This document shows, in pieces, positions 29,672 to 40,044 of a DNA stretch of 64,000 nt. This DNA comes from Bryobacterales bacterium (lineage in GTDB: Bacteria; Acidobacteriota; Terriglobia; Bryobacterales; UBA6623): NCBI GenBank assembly GCA_965261065.1, contig OZ253444.1, positions 4,710,381-4,774,380 on the forward strand, in the 5' to 3' direction. The notes below the pieces were generated by a model that saw only the letters and a program-made list of their open reading frames with translations, did no database searches and was not told the DNA's origin. The translations under genes were made by a program, and so were the position numbers. Numbering within the stretch: the first letter of the stretch is position 1; each line of letters starts with the position of its first letter.

Positions 29672-30787
29672 CTATGGAGCTACGAACCACCTCAGGCGGT
29701 GCTTGGAGCCGCCGCAAGCATCGCGGGGATGACCGAGAAGCCGCTTCGAAGCGAGTGCGGAGATCAGATTGGCGGTCGGCGGGAGTTGAAACACTGCGAC
29801 AAAAGGGGGTTTGCGCTTGGTTTTGGCGGCACAGACACACGGCCGCGTCGGCGTACGGTTGCACGTCCTTGCGCCAAAAAGTAGCTGCATTGGAAAGCGA
29901 GTTGGGCCGGCCCATGCGGGCTTGTGTAGTCTGCGCGAACGTTCGATGTGCGCTGTACTGGAAACCGCGAGTTGATCCAACGGATTCGCCGCCGCCTGCA
30001 AGTGCTTCTGGGAAAGGTGTAGGTAGACCGTCGTGGCCTCGATATCCACGTGCCCCATGAGCAGTTGAATGGTTCGCAGATCAGCGCCGGATTCGAGCAG
30101 GTGCGTGGCGTAACAATGCCGCAGCGTGTGAGGGGTAACACGCTTGTGGATCCCGGCGCGTTCGGTCGCCTCGCGGACCGCCATCCAGACGACCTTCGGC
30201 GTGATGGGCTTGTCAACGCGCCAGTTGTTGATCGTGCCGGGGAACAAATACGTTTTGGGCCGTATCCAGCGGTAATGCTCGCGCAGCGTCTCAAGAAGCT
30301 TCTGGCTCAGGGGCACTTCGCGATCCACGCCACCCTTGCCGCGTTCGACGCGCAGCATCATTCGTTGGCTGTCGATGTCGGCAACTTTGAGGCGGCATAG
30401 CTCGCTACGGCGCAATCCCGCCGAGTACAGCGTCATCAGCATCGCGCGGTGGAATAGCGTCCGCGCCGAGTCGATCAGGAGCGCCGCCTCGTCGGGACTC
30501 AGAATGGTCGGCAGGCGTTTGCGATGCTTCGGATAGGGTAGCTCCTGCTTCATGTCGCGCCGCCCGAGCACCTTGACGTAGAGGAACCGCAGCGCACTGA
30601 CCTGCAGGACGACCGTGCCGACGGCGAGTTTCTTGTTCTCGAGCAGGTACGCCTGGTAGCGGCGCATATCGTCCGGACCGAGATGATCGAGCCTCTTTCG
30701 AGCGTATTCTCGAAACTGCTCGACGGATAGTAGATAGGTGCGAATGGTTGTTTCAGCGTAGTTGCGGCGTACGAGCTCTTCTCGCAT
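29672..30787 (-). CDS. tyrosine recombinase/integrase of the type that accompanies IS91-family elements
   Basis: Start re-assigned to ATG 30787 (MREELVRRNYAETTIRTY). Catalytic blocks are present: LYSAGLRRSEL, ..GKGGVDREVPL.., HTLRHCYATHLLESGADLRTIQLLMGH, TTVYLH. The last ~90 codons after ..ANPLDQL look like read-through, not integrase. Confidence 0.8.
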   Translation of the reverse strand: MREELVRRNYAETTIRTYLLSVEQFREYARKRLDHLGPDDMRRYQAYLLENKKLAVGTVVLQVSALRFLYVKVLGRRDMKQELPYPKHRKRLPTILSPDEAALLIDSARTLFHRAMLMTLYSAGLRRSELCRLKVADIDSQRMMLRVERGKGGVDREVPLSQKLLETLREHYRWIRPKTYLFPGTINNWRVDKPITPKVVWMAVREATERAGIHKRVTPHTLRHCYATHLLESGADLRTIQLLMGHVDIEATTVYLHLSQKHLQAAANPLDQLAVSSTAHIERSRRLHKPAWAGPTRFPMQLLFGARTCNRTPTRPCVCAAKTKRKPPFVAVFQLPPTANLISALASKRLLGHPRDACGGSKHRLRWFVAP

Positions 30788-31102
30788 CCGCTGGGTGAGT
30801 ATCGTCACAGAGAAGCTCCTTCTCTGCGACCGACTGTACTCTTCCCTTGCCACCCACGCCGCAGGCGTCCGCCGCGCCCAGCGGCTTCGTTCAAGTCGGC
30901 CAGGGTTGATCCAGCCACCTGATCAAGGCGTGGCTGTAAGGATCTGGTCGCTTGTGGACACAGTGATACCTCACAAGCAGGGGTGCGACATCGTCGGACG
31001 ACTCCCCGGTTCCTACGGTTAGCCCGCTATAGCGTCCACGGGTCAAGTGTCATAGAATTTTGAGAGCTGCTTGTCGGACCGAGCGCCTACGGGGAACAAA
31101 TT

Positions 31103-31498
31103 ATGTCGATCGAGCTTCAAGTCGTTGACGAAACCACATCCGGCTCAGAGACCTCCCGGATCAGCCTCGAAGTCGAATCCACCCAGCTAACGCTCCGAGA
31201 CCTGATCCGCGAACGCGTCCGCCAAGAGGTCGCTGTCTACAACGAGAACCAACCCGAGATCTACTACGACCTAGTCCAACCCGAGAACTCCGAGAAGATG
31301 CTCAACGGCTACCGTGTGAAAACACGGAACCCGCTCGACTGGCAACGGCAGTTCGAAGCGGCTGTGCGAAGTTTTGAGCAGAACGGTATCTTCGTCCTCC
31401 TCGACGGCAAAGCCATCGGGTCACTTGATGACAGCATCGAACTTCAACCGGGAACGGAGGTCCGATTCCTCCGCCTTGTCCCCTTGATGGGCGGCTGA
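31103..31498 (+). CDS. hypothetical 131-aa protein ending in Gly-Gly (possible beta-grasp/ubiquitin-like)
   Basis: The ORF ends ..LQPGTEVRFLRLVPLMGG-stop. Its stop is 3 nt before the ATG of the next gene. No family was recognised by eye. Confidence 0.5.
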   Translation: MSIELQVVDETTSGSETSRISLEVESTQLTLRDLIRERVRQEVAVYNENQPEIYYDLVQPENSEKMLNGYRVKTRNPLDWQRQFEAAVRSFEQNGIFVLLDGKAIGSLDDSIELQPGTEVRFLRLVPLMGG

Positions 31499-31501
31499 AG
31501 C

Positions 31502-33887
31502 ATGAGTACGATCGACTTCACTGTTGCGGCGATCATCCAAGAGGCCTTCAATGACAGGGGTGCCTCTTCGGAGCCCCGGAACTTCTTCGAGTTGATCGAG
31601 TCATCATTCCGGCGGCTCAACGAACAAAACACCGAACTCGCGGCGCGTGCCCGGAATCTTTCTCCGGAACAGCAGGTGCAATTAGTTCTCGAAGTGGCTC
31701 GCAAAGGGGCCCAGCGTGAGGACGCCTCGTACGCCCTGCAGCCGCTGATCAGTTCGGTACTGCGACGCAAGTTGGCGTTCCCGGAATCCCAGATTCTCGA
31801 TCTGCTTGCCTCCCTCCAGCAGTGGAGATTCGGCGGACCGTTGCTGCCCGTCCTAAGGATGGTTGGTCGGCATCCCATCACGCCGGACACCGCCGCGGCC
31901 CTTCGCCGGCTTCGCTCCCATTCCTGGCTCCGAAGCGGATACGCCGATGTCCGTGAAATCAACCAGCGCCTCGACCAAATGTTGGAGTTGGGTGTGGTCG
32001 ACGACACTTTCGACCCAGCGGGCTCATGGAGCAAGCACGTCCAACAATGCCTTTGCGATAACCCGGCCAAGCAAGCCGTCACGCACTTGCTGGCTACAGG
32101 AAAGGATATCCGTGATTCTTCGGCCTCCAAGAAGTAGAGAGCCACAGCCCAACGTATCGTCGAGCAAGTCGGGCGTGACGAGTTCCGCTGCCTCGCGCTC
32201 GGTTGGCTCGCCGCAGGCCCCGACCCCACCGTGCGCGGCTTTCAGATCGAATCCACCGAGGCGGACTACCAGCGCGCTCTGCTTTGGTCGTTGACTGACT
32301 ACTCAGACCGCGAAATCTGTGCCGCCGTCGCGAGGTTCGCCGAGCAGTGCCGCAAGAAGATTCCCGGCCTCGGTCCCGTCTCACAGAAAGCGGGCAATGC
32401 CTGCGTCAATGTCCTGGCGAACATGTCGGGCAGCGAGCCGTTAGGCCAACTTGTTCGTCTCGGTATGCGGATCAAGTATCAAACCGCACAGCGCCTCATC
32501 GCCCGCGCCATCGAGGAAGCCGCCGAACGCGCCGGTCTTTCACGCGAAGAGTTGGAGGAGATCACCGTTCCCGACTTTGCGCTGGATGGGTCAGGGATGT
32601 GTAGCGAACCCATTGGCGGTTATCAGGTGGAACTCCGCACATGCGACACCACCGTCCGTTTCCGGAATCCCGAAGGAAAGTCGGTGAAGTCGCTCCCGCG
32701 CGCGATCCGCGAAGAGCACTCGGAGGCCGTCAAGCGCATCCGACGCGCCGCCAAAGACAACGATAAAATGCTCACCGCGCAGCGCCTCCGCATCGAGCGA
32801 CTGCTCATGACGGACCGCGCGATCGCGTTCGCGACTTGGCGCAAGCATTACCTCGAACACCCGCTCCTGCAGGACCTGACCCGGCGACTGATCTGGCAGT
32901 TTCGCTGGACCGGCGACGAGCGCACTGCCATCCCGAGCCAAAAGGGCCTCATCGAGTGGAACGGGCAGCCCGTCGATCCCCCGGCCGAATCACAGGTTCA
33001 GCTCTGGCACCCCATCGAATCCGACGTGCAGAGCACCTTCAGTTGGCGCTGTTGGCTCGAAGACAACCACGTCCAGCAACCCTTCAAGCAGGCCCATCGC
33101 GAAGTCTACGTCCTCACCGGCGCTGAACGTGAGACCGGACTTCACGAACCGCTTCGCCGCCCACATCCTGCGGCAGCACCAGTTTGCGGCTCTGGCGCGG
33201 GCGCGCGGCTGGCTATTCTCACTCATGGGCATGTGGGACTCTCATAACACGCCCTACCTCGATCTGCCACGAGCAGGCCTGCAAGTCGAATTCTATTTGG
33301 AAGCAGGCGGCATGGAGGACCACAGCGTCCACGGCATCTACCTCTACAGCATCAGCGATCAGGTGCGCTTCGTAGAGACCGAGAGTCACCAGCCGGCGCC
33401 ACTCGTCGAGATTCCGCCCCGGCTGTTCAGCGAAGTGATGCGCGATGTCGATCTTCTTGTCAGCGTCACCAGCGTCGGCAGCGATCCCAATTGGACACCC
33501 GGACGCAACCAACAGCTCGACCACTACTGGGAGTCCTTCTCCTTCGGCGAGTTGTCCGTCTCGGTCCAGAGCCACCGCGAGACCATCGAACGCCTGCTTC
33601 CAAGACTGCCGATTCGCGACCGCTGCCACGTCGAAGACCGTTTTCTCGTCGTCTCCGGGCAGCGTGCAACCTACAAGATCCATCTCGGCAGCGGCAATGT
33701 GCTGATGGAACCCGGCAGCCGTTATCTCGGTATCGTCCGCGGTCCGTCGAAGGGAAAGACGCCCGGCCGCGTCTTCCTGCCCTTTGAGGGCGACAACACG
33801 CTATCGCTGATCCTCAGCAAAGCCTTCCTCCTTATCGACGACGCAACGATGAAAGACCCCACCATCCTTCAGCAGCTACCGAACTAA
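31502..33887 (+). pseudogene. DUF4132-family large protein with an in-frame TAG and a frameshift
   Basis: Three track ORFs (31502..32137, 32231..33247, 33129..33887) form one gene. The first two are in the same frame, separated by TAG at 32135-32137. The last two switch frame near 33125-33135 (gagaccggacttc). DUF4132-type blocks are present: QPFKQAHREVYVLTGAERET and NRFAAHILRQHQFAALARARGW. Confidence 0.7.
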
Positions 33888-34010
33888 CCACCGCCCTCTC
33901 ACGTTCCAGCACAAGGCGTACCACTCCCTGAGACCAGGGCAGGGCGCCATGGGTGCCGTTTACATCCTCCCCGGTCCGCATCGGTTGATCCAGGGGTCTG
34001 GATCGCCTGG

Positions 34011-34622
34011 ATGATCGACCCTGTTGGGCCCGCCGGTCAGCGACCTGACGCCGCTCGGTCGTCCTACGAAGCCATCCGATCTTGGCGCCGGAAGTTTGGA
34101 CCGGATTACGCCCGAACTCTGCGGCGGCGACAAGGTTGTCTCGGTGACATCTGGCACGTGGGCGAGTTGTTCATCACCATCCGCGGCGAGCGACGTTATC
34201 TTTGGAGAGCCGTGGATCAGGACGGCGATGTCCTCGATCTCCTGGTCACGCGCCACCGAGACAAGAACGCTGCCGACGCTTCTTTCGCAAGGTCTTGAAA
34301 AACCAGGGCAGGCCACCTTTGCAACTAGTCACCGACAAGCTGCGAAGCTATCCGGCTGCGCACCGAGAGGTCTTCCCATCGGTCACACATCGAACTGGTC
34401 AATACGAAAACAACCGAGCTGAAGTCTCGCACCAGCACACCCGCGAGCAGGAACGTCAGATGCGTCGATTCAAATCAGCGGCACAGGTTCAACGATTTCT
34501 CTCGGTCCACGGCGCGATTCACAACCTGTCCAAGTTGCACGTCATCATCTCGAAGCGATCCATCATCGACTGCTCAGGGGCCGAGGCTTCTCTGACTGGA
34601 AGACGGCGACGTGTGCCTTCTG
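34011..34622 (+). pseudogene. IS6-family transposase, 5'-truncated with at least two frameshifts
   Basis: IS6 blocks are spread over three frames: IRSWRRKFGPDYARTLRRRQG, RYLWRAVDQDGDVLDLLVTRHRDKNAA, LVTDKLRSYPAAHREVF, NNRAEVSHQHTREQERQMRRFKS, then RHHLEAIHHRLLRGRGFSDWKTAT. The expected catalytic D in W.(L/V)DE reads G (WHVGELF). Confidence 0.7.
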
Positions 34623-34670
34623 AAGGGGAGAAACCTCGGACGATCCTAAGGTCAAAACCGCCTTCGCGTC

Positions 34671-34687
34671 GTTAACTTGACAATGCC
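34671..34687. repeat. IS6-like terminal inverted repeat gttaacttgacaatgcc (right end)
   Basis: Lies 49 nt after the decayed IS6 transposase stop. Its reverse complement ggcattgtcaagttaac resembles the GGCACTGTTGCAAA-type IS6 ends. An exact inverted copy is at 43178-43194. Confidence 0.65.
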
Positions 34688-34800
34688 TACAGGTCTCTTG
34701 CGCAAGATTACTTACGACTTATGACCCAGTACCAAAGTTGGACCCAGAAAGTTACCTGCGGGCCATTTCGAATTGAGGTACGAAGAGTAACAATTAGAGC

Positions 34801-35054
34801 ATGAACACTGCATTGCACTCCTGCGATGCCTGGCAAAGGACACTCTTGGCCAGGACATCGTCGAATACGCGATCTTTGTGGGGTTCATAGCGCTTGTAGC
34901 GGCCCTCTACCTGCCTGGCGCCGCTGACAGCGTTCGCACAGTGTTTTTGAATACGGAAACGGTACTAGCGGAGGCGACTCATAACAAAGGCAACTGCCGC
35001 AGCCCCAACCCCGGAAACAAAGGAGGACGAAGTCCTTGCGCCCCGTCCCAATAA
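34801..35054 (+). pseudogene. Flp/Fap-type pilin-like small ORF (not in the ORF track), apparently frameshifted after its ATG
   Basis: The frame 34791..35054 reads ..LLRCLAKDTLGQDIVEYAIFVGFIALVAALYLPG.., which fits the Flp motif G-x-x-x-x-EY plus a hydrophobic helix. It has no ATG/GTG/TTG upstream of the motif. An ATG at 34801 is in the neighbouring frame. Confidence 0.45.
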
Positions 35055-35231
35055 GCGAATCTCTGCCCGTACAGCCCTCCGCGTTCCCCCTACCTATGCC
35101 GGTGGAGTCGGGAACTGGCACGGTGGCCCGTCAGGACGCTCGCCCAACGCCATACGACAATCTTGGCGGCACTTGTTCTTGACTTTTCAGCAGCCTTCCG
35201 GGGGTGATCGATCAGAGCTACGATGGTGAGA

Positions 35232-36036
35232 TCAGGTGACCCAAGACATCCCTGATCCCACGGAACGAAAGCTCTGTTCAACGAGCTGCAGCGTTACTGC
35301 TTCCTCCAAATTTAGCTCGGATGCTGCACGACCGACAAGCTTCTCGATGTCTGACTCGGAATTGGCTTCGCTGAGGCTGGCGACGACATTCACGGGGCAA
35401 AGGGCTCCTCCCTCTCTCTCATGTGTCCCATGGTGAGCGCCGATAGCCCTAGACAGGACCGCTGGAACCTTCCACTGATCGCACATCCATGTAGCGACAA
35501 GAGCGTGATCCCAGTCGTATTTTTTCCGTTCCAGCAGGGCCAAGTCCTCACCGCCACGATGCCAATCTTCGAGGAGGTCACCGTAAGAGTTATCTCGATG
35601 GTGCGCCAACACCGGTATAGCCATATCCTGCAACAACGCAGCCGTAAAACATTGCGACTGAATGGCCGGCTCAACCCGCTCCGCCAGTGCCTGGGCGAGA
35701 GCAGCACGCCGCGATGCCGTCATCCAGAAGCGTTTAGGGTCAAAGCCTCTTGCCGGCTTGCTCGGCAAGCCGCGACCGACAGCGCTGGCTATCAGGAGCG
35801 ACTCAAGCTCGTTGCGCCCAAGGAGACTCACCGCCTGCTGAACGCTCTCGACTGTGCGCTGGATGGCGTAGGCTGCCGAGTTGACCGTTTGTAATAGCCG
35901 AACGGAAGTAGCTGGGTCAGAGGCCACGACCGCCGCAATCTGAGCGGCCGTGGAATCGTCGTCTCGAATGAGTTCCAACGCCTGGGCTGTGACAGTCGGG
36001 AAAGATGGTAGTTCATGATTGCCAGCGACAGCCTTA
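35232..36036 (-). pseudogene. HDOD-domain protein, 3' portion (codon 15 onward), separated from its start by nested IS630/IS1380
   Basis: ELPSFPTVTAQALELIRDDDSTAAQIAAVVASDPATSVRLLQTVNSAAY is a canonical HDOD N-terminus. The frame continues to the IS630 boundary at 36036. Confidence 0.8.
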
Positions 36037-37130
36037 TTGAGTCCCGCATAATATCACGTCACTCGAAGCAAAGAGAAGACTGTTTCCAGAAGGCCGTGAT
36101 CAAACGCGGTTTGCGGTGCATGCGGCGGAGTGCCTTGCGGGCCCGCTCGTTCAGCTCGCCGTAGTCCTTCGGACAGACGTTCGGCAACTCGTGCTGCTTC
36201 CAGTAAGCCCAGATGTATTCCACCGGATTCAACTCCGGCGCATAGGGTGGCAAGTACTCGGTTGCGATGTGGCCTTCGGAGAGTTGGATGAACTCTTGCA
36301 CCAGGCGGCTACGGTGCGCCGGCAGCCGGTCCCAGACGATCAGCAGCGGCCGATCGATATGACGTACCAACGCCTTGAGAAAGTCGATCACTTGCTCTTT
36401 GCCGATCGCACCGGGATAGAGCCGAAAGTAGAAGTTACGCAGCGTCAGCCCCGCCGAGACGGAAAGCTTCTCCCAATTGAAGTTAAACTGCAGCACCGGT
36501 GTTTGGCCGCGTGGCGCCCAGGTGCGGCAGCGATGCGGCTTCTGACTCAATCCGCTTTCGTCGATGAAGACGAGCGTACGGCCTTCGTTTTGGGCTTTTT
36601 TTTAATGCGCGTCCAGGTCTTGCGCTTCCAGGTGCGGATCTGCTCTTCGTTGCGCTCGCGCGCCTTTCCGACCGGGCGTTGCGGGCTCCAGTCGAGCGCT
36701 CGCAGGATCTTCCAGACGTGGCCTTCGTGGTAGTCGACCCCGAACTCGTCTCCGATCAGCCGAGCCACCCGCGGACAGCTCCACAGGGGCGTGGGGAAGC
36801 CGTGGGCTTGCGGGCCTTCCAGCAACAGCGACGTCAGGCGTTCGCGTTGTGCGGCATCGAGGAGCGGCTTGCGTCCGGCGCGCCCGGCCTGGCGGAGTCC
36901 GGCCGCACCCTGCTCGCGGTATTGCCGCCGCCACGCACTGACGGTTTGGCGAGCGACTTTCAGCCGTCTTGCCGTCTCGGACTGATTGTGGCCTTGGTCG
37001 AGCAGCCGCATCGCTTCGAAACGGCGCTTCTCCAGGGCCTTGAAACCCCGCTTCACACCTTTGGGGTTGCCCATACATATATAGATGCTCCAAACTATCA
37101 AAAAGTGTCATAATAATTTGCGGGATTCAA
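36037..37130 (-). mobile_element. IS630-family insertion sequence, copy 2 (1094 bp), inserted in the TTAAG duplication of IS1380 copy 3
   Basis: Same ends as copy 1. TA lies at 36035-36036 and 37131-37132. Removing it restores cc-TTAAG-cccgc, the left junction of IS1380 copy 3. Confidence 0.9.
36059..37101 (-). CDS. IS630-family transposase (two ORFs, same A8 -1 frameshift site as copy 1)
   Basis: ORFs 36547..37101 and 36059..36550. The T8 run is at 36596-36603. There are a few substitutions relative to copy 1. Confidence 0.85.
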
Positions 37131-37134
37131 TAAG

Positions 37135-38799
37135 CCCGCATTTTCAATTTGATGTTTGACATCCCGACCTTCCAGCGGCCTGGAGCGTCTTTATTCATAG
37201 GGGCTAGAACCCGATGAGGACGCCATGGAGGCCAACACCCAATGGGTGAAAAACAAACCAAGCCATTCCAGCTAAGTTTCAATGGACTTCTCAAAGTCGA
37301 TTTCCAGGGATCGCACGTCACTTCCGACGGTGGCCTGATTTTGGTTCGCGAACTGGACGAACGGCTCGGTCTCGGAGAACTGATTGACGAGCATCTCAGC
37401 GACTCCCGGCAAGGCACAAACAAGCAGTTCACGCTCGCTGATCTGTTGCGGCAGTCGGTTTACAGCCGACTCGCCGGCTACGAGGACCTCAACGACGCCG
37501 AGCGGGTTTCGATCGATCCGACGTTTCGGCTGATCGGTTCGCAGAAGATCTGGGATCGCGGTGCGGCCTTGACCTCGACGCTGCACGGCTTCGAGACGGA
37601 GATGCTGGCGAGCGAAGAGAACCTGCTGGGGCTGATGGCGCTGAACCGAGAGCTGGTCGGGCAAGCGGAAGCGTTCGACGACGCCGAGCGGGTCGTTCTG
37701 GACCTGGACTCCACCGAGAGTCCGGTCCATGGCCAACAGGAAGGCAGTGCCTACAACGGACACTTCGAGTCGGTCTGCTACCACCCGTTGCTTTTGTTCA
37801 ACGGTCATGGTGATTGCCTCGCTGCCAAGCTGCGTCCAGGCAACGTGCACAGCGCCGAGGACTGGGATGAGCTCTTGTTGCCGGAGATCGAGCGCCAACA
37901 GGCTGCGGGCAAGCAGGTCGCCTTCCGGGGCGATGCGGCCTTTGCGAAGCCGGAAGTTTATGAGGCTTCGGAGGAACGCGGAGTACAGTACGCCATTCGC
38001 ATTCCGGCCAACAAGAGCTTGGAGCTGGAGATCGAAGACATCCTGTTTCGCCCGCCGGGAAGGCCTTCCCGCAAGCCCTTGGTGCGCTACAAGAGTTTTC
38101 GCTATCAGGCGGAGAGTTGGTCGCAGGCGAGGCGGATCGTCGCTAAGGTCGAGCATCACCAGGGCGAGCTGTTCCCGCGCGTCGGATTCATCGTGACGAG
38201 CATGAGCTTGCCGAGCCGCTCGGTGGTGCGCTTCTACAACAAGCGCGGCACGGCGGAACAGTGGATCAAGGAAGGCAAGCAGGCGACGCACTGGACGCGA
38301 TTGTCGTGCCATCGATTTCGGGCCAACGAAGTGCGGTTGCAACTGAGCGTGCTGGCCTACAACCTGGGCAATCTTTGGCGGCGGCTGGGGCTTCCGCAGC
38401 GAATCAAGAGTTGGTCGCTGACGAGCTTGCAACACAGGTTGATGAAGACCGGCGGTCGGCTGGTCAAGCACGCGCGGTATTACTGGCTCTTATTGGCGGA
38501 GGGACATCTGAACCGGCGGCTGTTCGGCGACATGCTGCACAAGATCTGGGCGCTGCCGCTGCCGAGTGGGTAGCATTGCCGGAGTGAGGATCAACAGCTT
38601 TTGGCTCCAAAAGGTTTCGCAAGGAGCAGTGTCGGCCGGAGCGCCGTTCAAGCCGCTCAATCAACGACTGTGAGCGGTCGAACCAGCTCTGGCGACTACC
38701 AGCAGAGGTGATGTGCAGGGTTCAGCGTGAAAGGACGTGCTGTTCGGAGCGGAGCGGGTGTATACTGTGGCCGTGCCAGGGCCAAAATGGAAATCCTGG
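37135..38799 (+). mobile_element. IS1380-family insertion sequence, copy 3 (1665 bp) with TTAAG target duplication
   Basis: Near-identical to copy 1. The right TSD is at 38800-38804. The left TSD is split by IS630 (tta at 36034-36036 plus ag at 37133-37134). Confidence 0.9.
37242..38573 (+). CDS. IS1380-family DDE transposase
   Basis: 443 aa, with one visible substitution relative to 18049..19380 (SAEDWDE versus SAENWDE). Confidence 0.85.
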   Translation: MGEKQTKPFQLSFNGLLKVDFQGSHVTSDGGLILVRELDERLGLGELIDEHLSDSRQGTNKQFTLADLLRQSVYSRLAGYEDLNDAERVSIDPTFRLIGSQKIWDRGAALTSTLHGFETEMLASEENLLGLMALNRELVGQAEAFDDAERVVLDLDSTESPVHGQQEGSAYNGHFESVCYHPLLLFNGHGDCLAAKLRPGNVHSAEDWDELLLPEIERQQAAGKQVAFRGDAAFAKPEVYEASEERGVQYAIRIPANKSLELEIEDILFRPPGRPSRKPLVRYKSFRYQAESWSQARRIVAKVEHHQGELFPRVGFIVTSMSLPSRSVVRFYNKRGTAEQWIKEGKQATHWTRLSCHRFRANEVRLQLSVLAYNLGNLWRRLGLPQRIKSWSLTSLQHRLMKTGGRLVKHARYYWLLLAEGHLNRRLFGDMLHKIWALPLPSG

Positions 38800-38804
38800 T
38801 TAAG

Positions 38805-38846
38805 ACTAGCGTGAGGGTCACCACGGACCCAGCTCGGTAGTTTCAT
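38805..38846 (-). pseudogene. first 14 codons of the interrupted HDOD gene
   Basis: ATG 38846 lies 11 nt after the stop of the upstream channel gene and encodes MKLPSWVRGDPHAS. With one TTAAG copy it reads on in frame into 36036 (..HAS-LK-AVAGNHELPSFP..). Confidence 0.75.
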
Positions 38847-38857
38847 GAAACACCTTG

Positions 38858-39888
38858 CTAGTCAGCTCGACGTGCCATTTTGTTCGCAAAGATGCTTAGC
38901 AGGCCCCCCAGCATTACGTACCCGAGAAAAACTTCAGCGATTGCCACCAGCTGGCCGGGAGCCGATACAGGAAGTACATCACCGTAACCCAGCGTCGTGA
39001 AAGTCACAACACTGTAGTAGACCGAAGAGAGGGCAGTAGGATGGTTGCCCCAATCGACTTCTACGATCTCGAAAGCGGCCGCAAAGACTAGGATGATGAG
39101 TCCTATGCAACCGGCCCATCGACTGATGCTACGTCCGCAGTCCGATGTGGCCCACCAGATCCAATAGACGATCGAGTTGCCCCTGCTGTAGTTGCGAAAC
39201 TCGTGAAGGTAGTTCTGATCTGCAATGGTGCGGCGTGCCAAGTACCCTCCGCGGAAGTCCGCGTCTCGCACGTCGGCGCCAATCCAATCAGCTTCCACAT
39301 AGCCGCCGATGGCGCTCAGCCGTGAGCACCGCAGATCACACTCTCCGAACCGCGCCCGGGCCACGCTGGCATTGGTAAGGTCTGCCCCTCGGAGGTCCGC
39401 ACGGCAAAGGTCAGCGTCCGTCAAGTCAACGTCACAAAGCCTCGCTTCCTGCAGGCAGACTGCCCGAAGGTCGGCATGATCCAGGGTGGAGCGCGATAGG
39501 GTTGCCCCTTTCAGATTGCTGCCAAAGAGGATTGCCCGACTGAAGTTGACCCCCCCCCGAATTCGGCTCCTACCGCCTCACACTCTGATAGATCGGCTCC
39601 GGCAAGGTTGGCACCAAGAAACTGTGCATTGTGAAGAGTAGTTCCAGACAGGTTCGCACCTGCGAGGTTAGCTCCCAAGAGATCTGCGTTGGAAAGATCC
39701 GAGCCGCTTAGGTCCACTCCCGCCAGGTCTCGTCCCGAGAGCCGGGCGCCGCGTAAGTCTTGCCCCGATGGTACTGCCATTGTCGGGTGACAGGAGGGAT
39801 CCGGCTCTCCCACTGACACATCCGGCCGGGAATCTATTGAAAGCTTGGTTTCAGGTTGACTGGGCAGCGTGTCCGAATCATGGCCCAT
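38858..39888 (-). pseudogene. pentapeptide-repeat protein fused to a K+-channel pore (TxGYGD), frameshifted at a homopolymer
   Basis: The N-terminal ORF (39511..39888) and the C-terminal ORF (38858..39424, extendable upstream) both carry A(D/N)LxG-type pentapeptide repeats. The C-terminus has two TM helices and the selectivity filter TTLGYGD. The frames are reconciled by adding one nt to the 9-nt run at 39550-39558. Confidence 0.75.
39550..39558. repeat. C9 homopolymer (G9 on the coding strand)
   Basis: Read directly. With 10 nt the product reads ..GAEFGGGVNFSRAILFGSNLKGATLSRSTLDHADL.. without interruption. Confidence 0.95.
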
Positions 39889-40044
39889 TCCGACGTTACC
39901 TCGACTGACCTAGGATCCGAGTCCTCAAGCAACGGGATCTAGAAACTAAATCCAGGGCTGCCCCGGCCGTGACAAAACGCCACTCTCTTCCAGCCAGGTA
40001 GCGGAAGCCCTCTCCAGTAGAATCGGCTACAGGCCGCAGGGATT

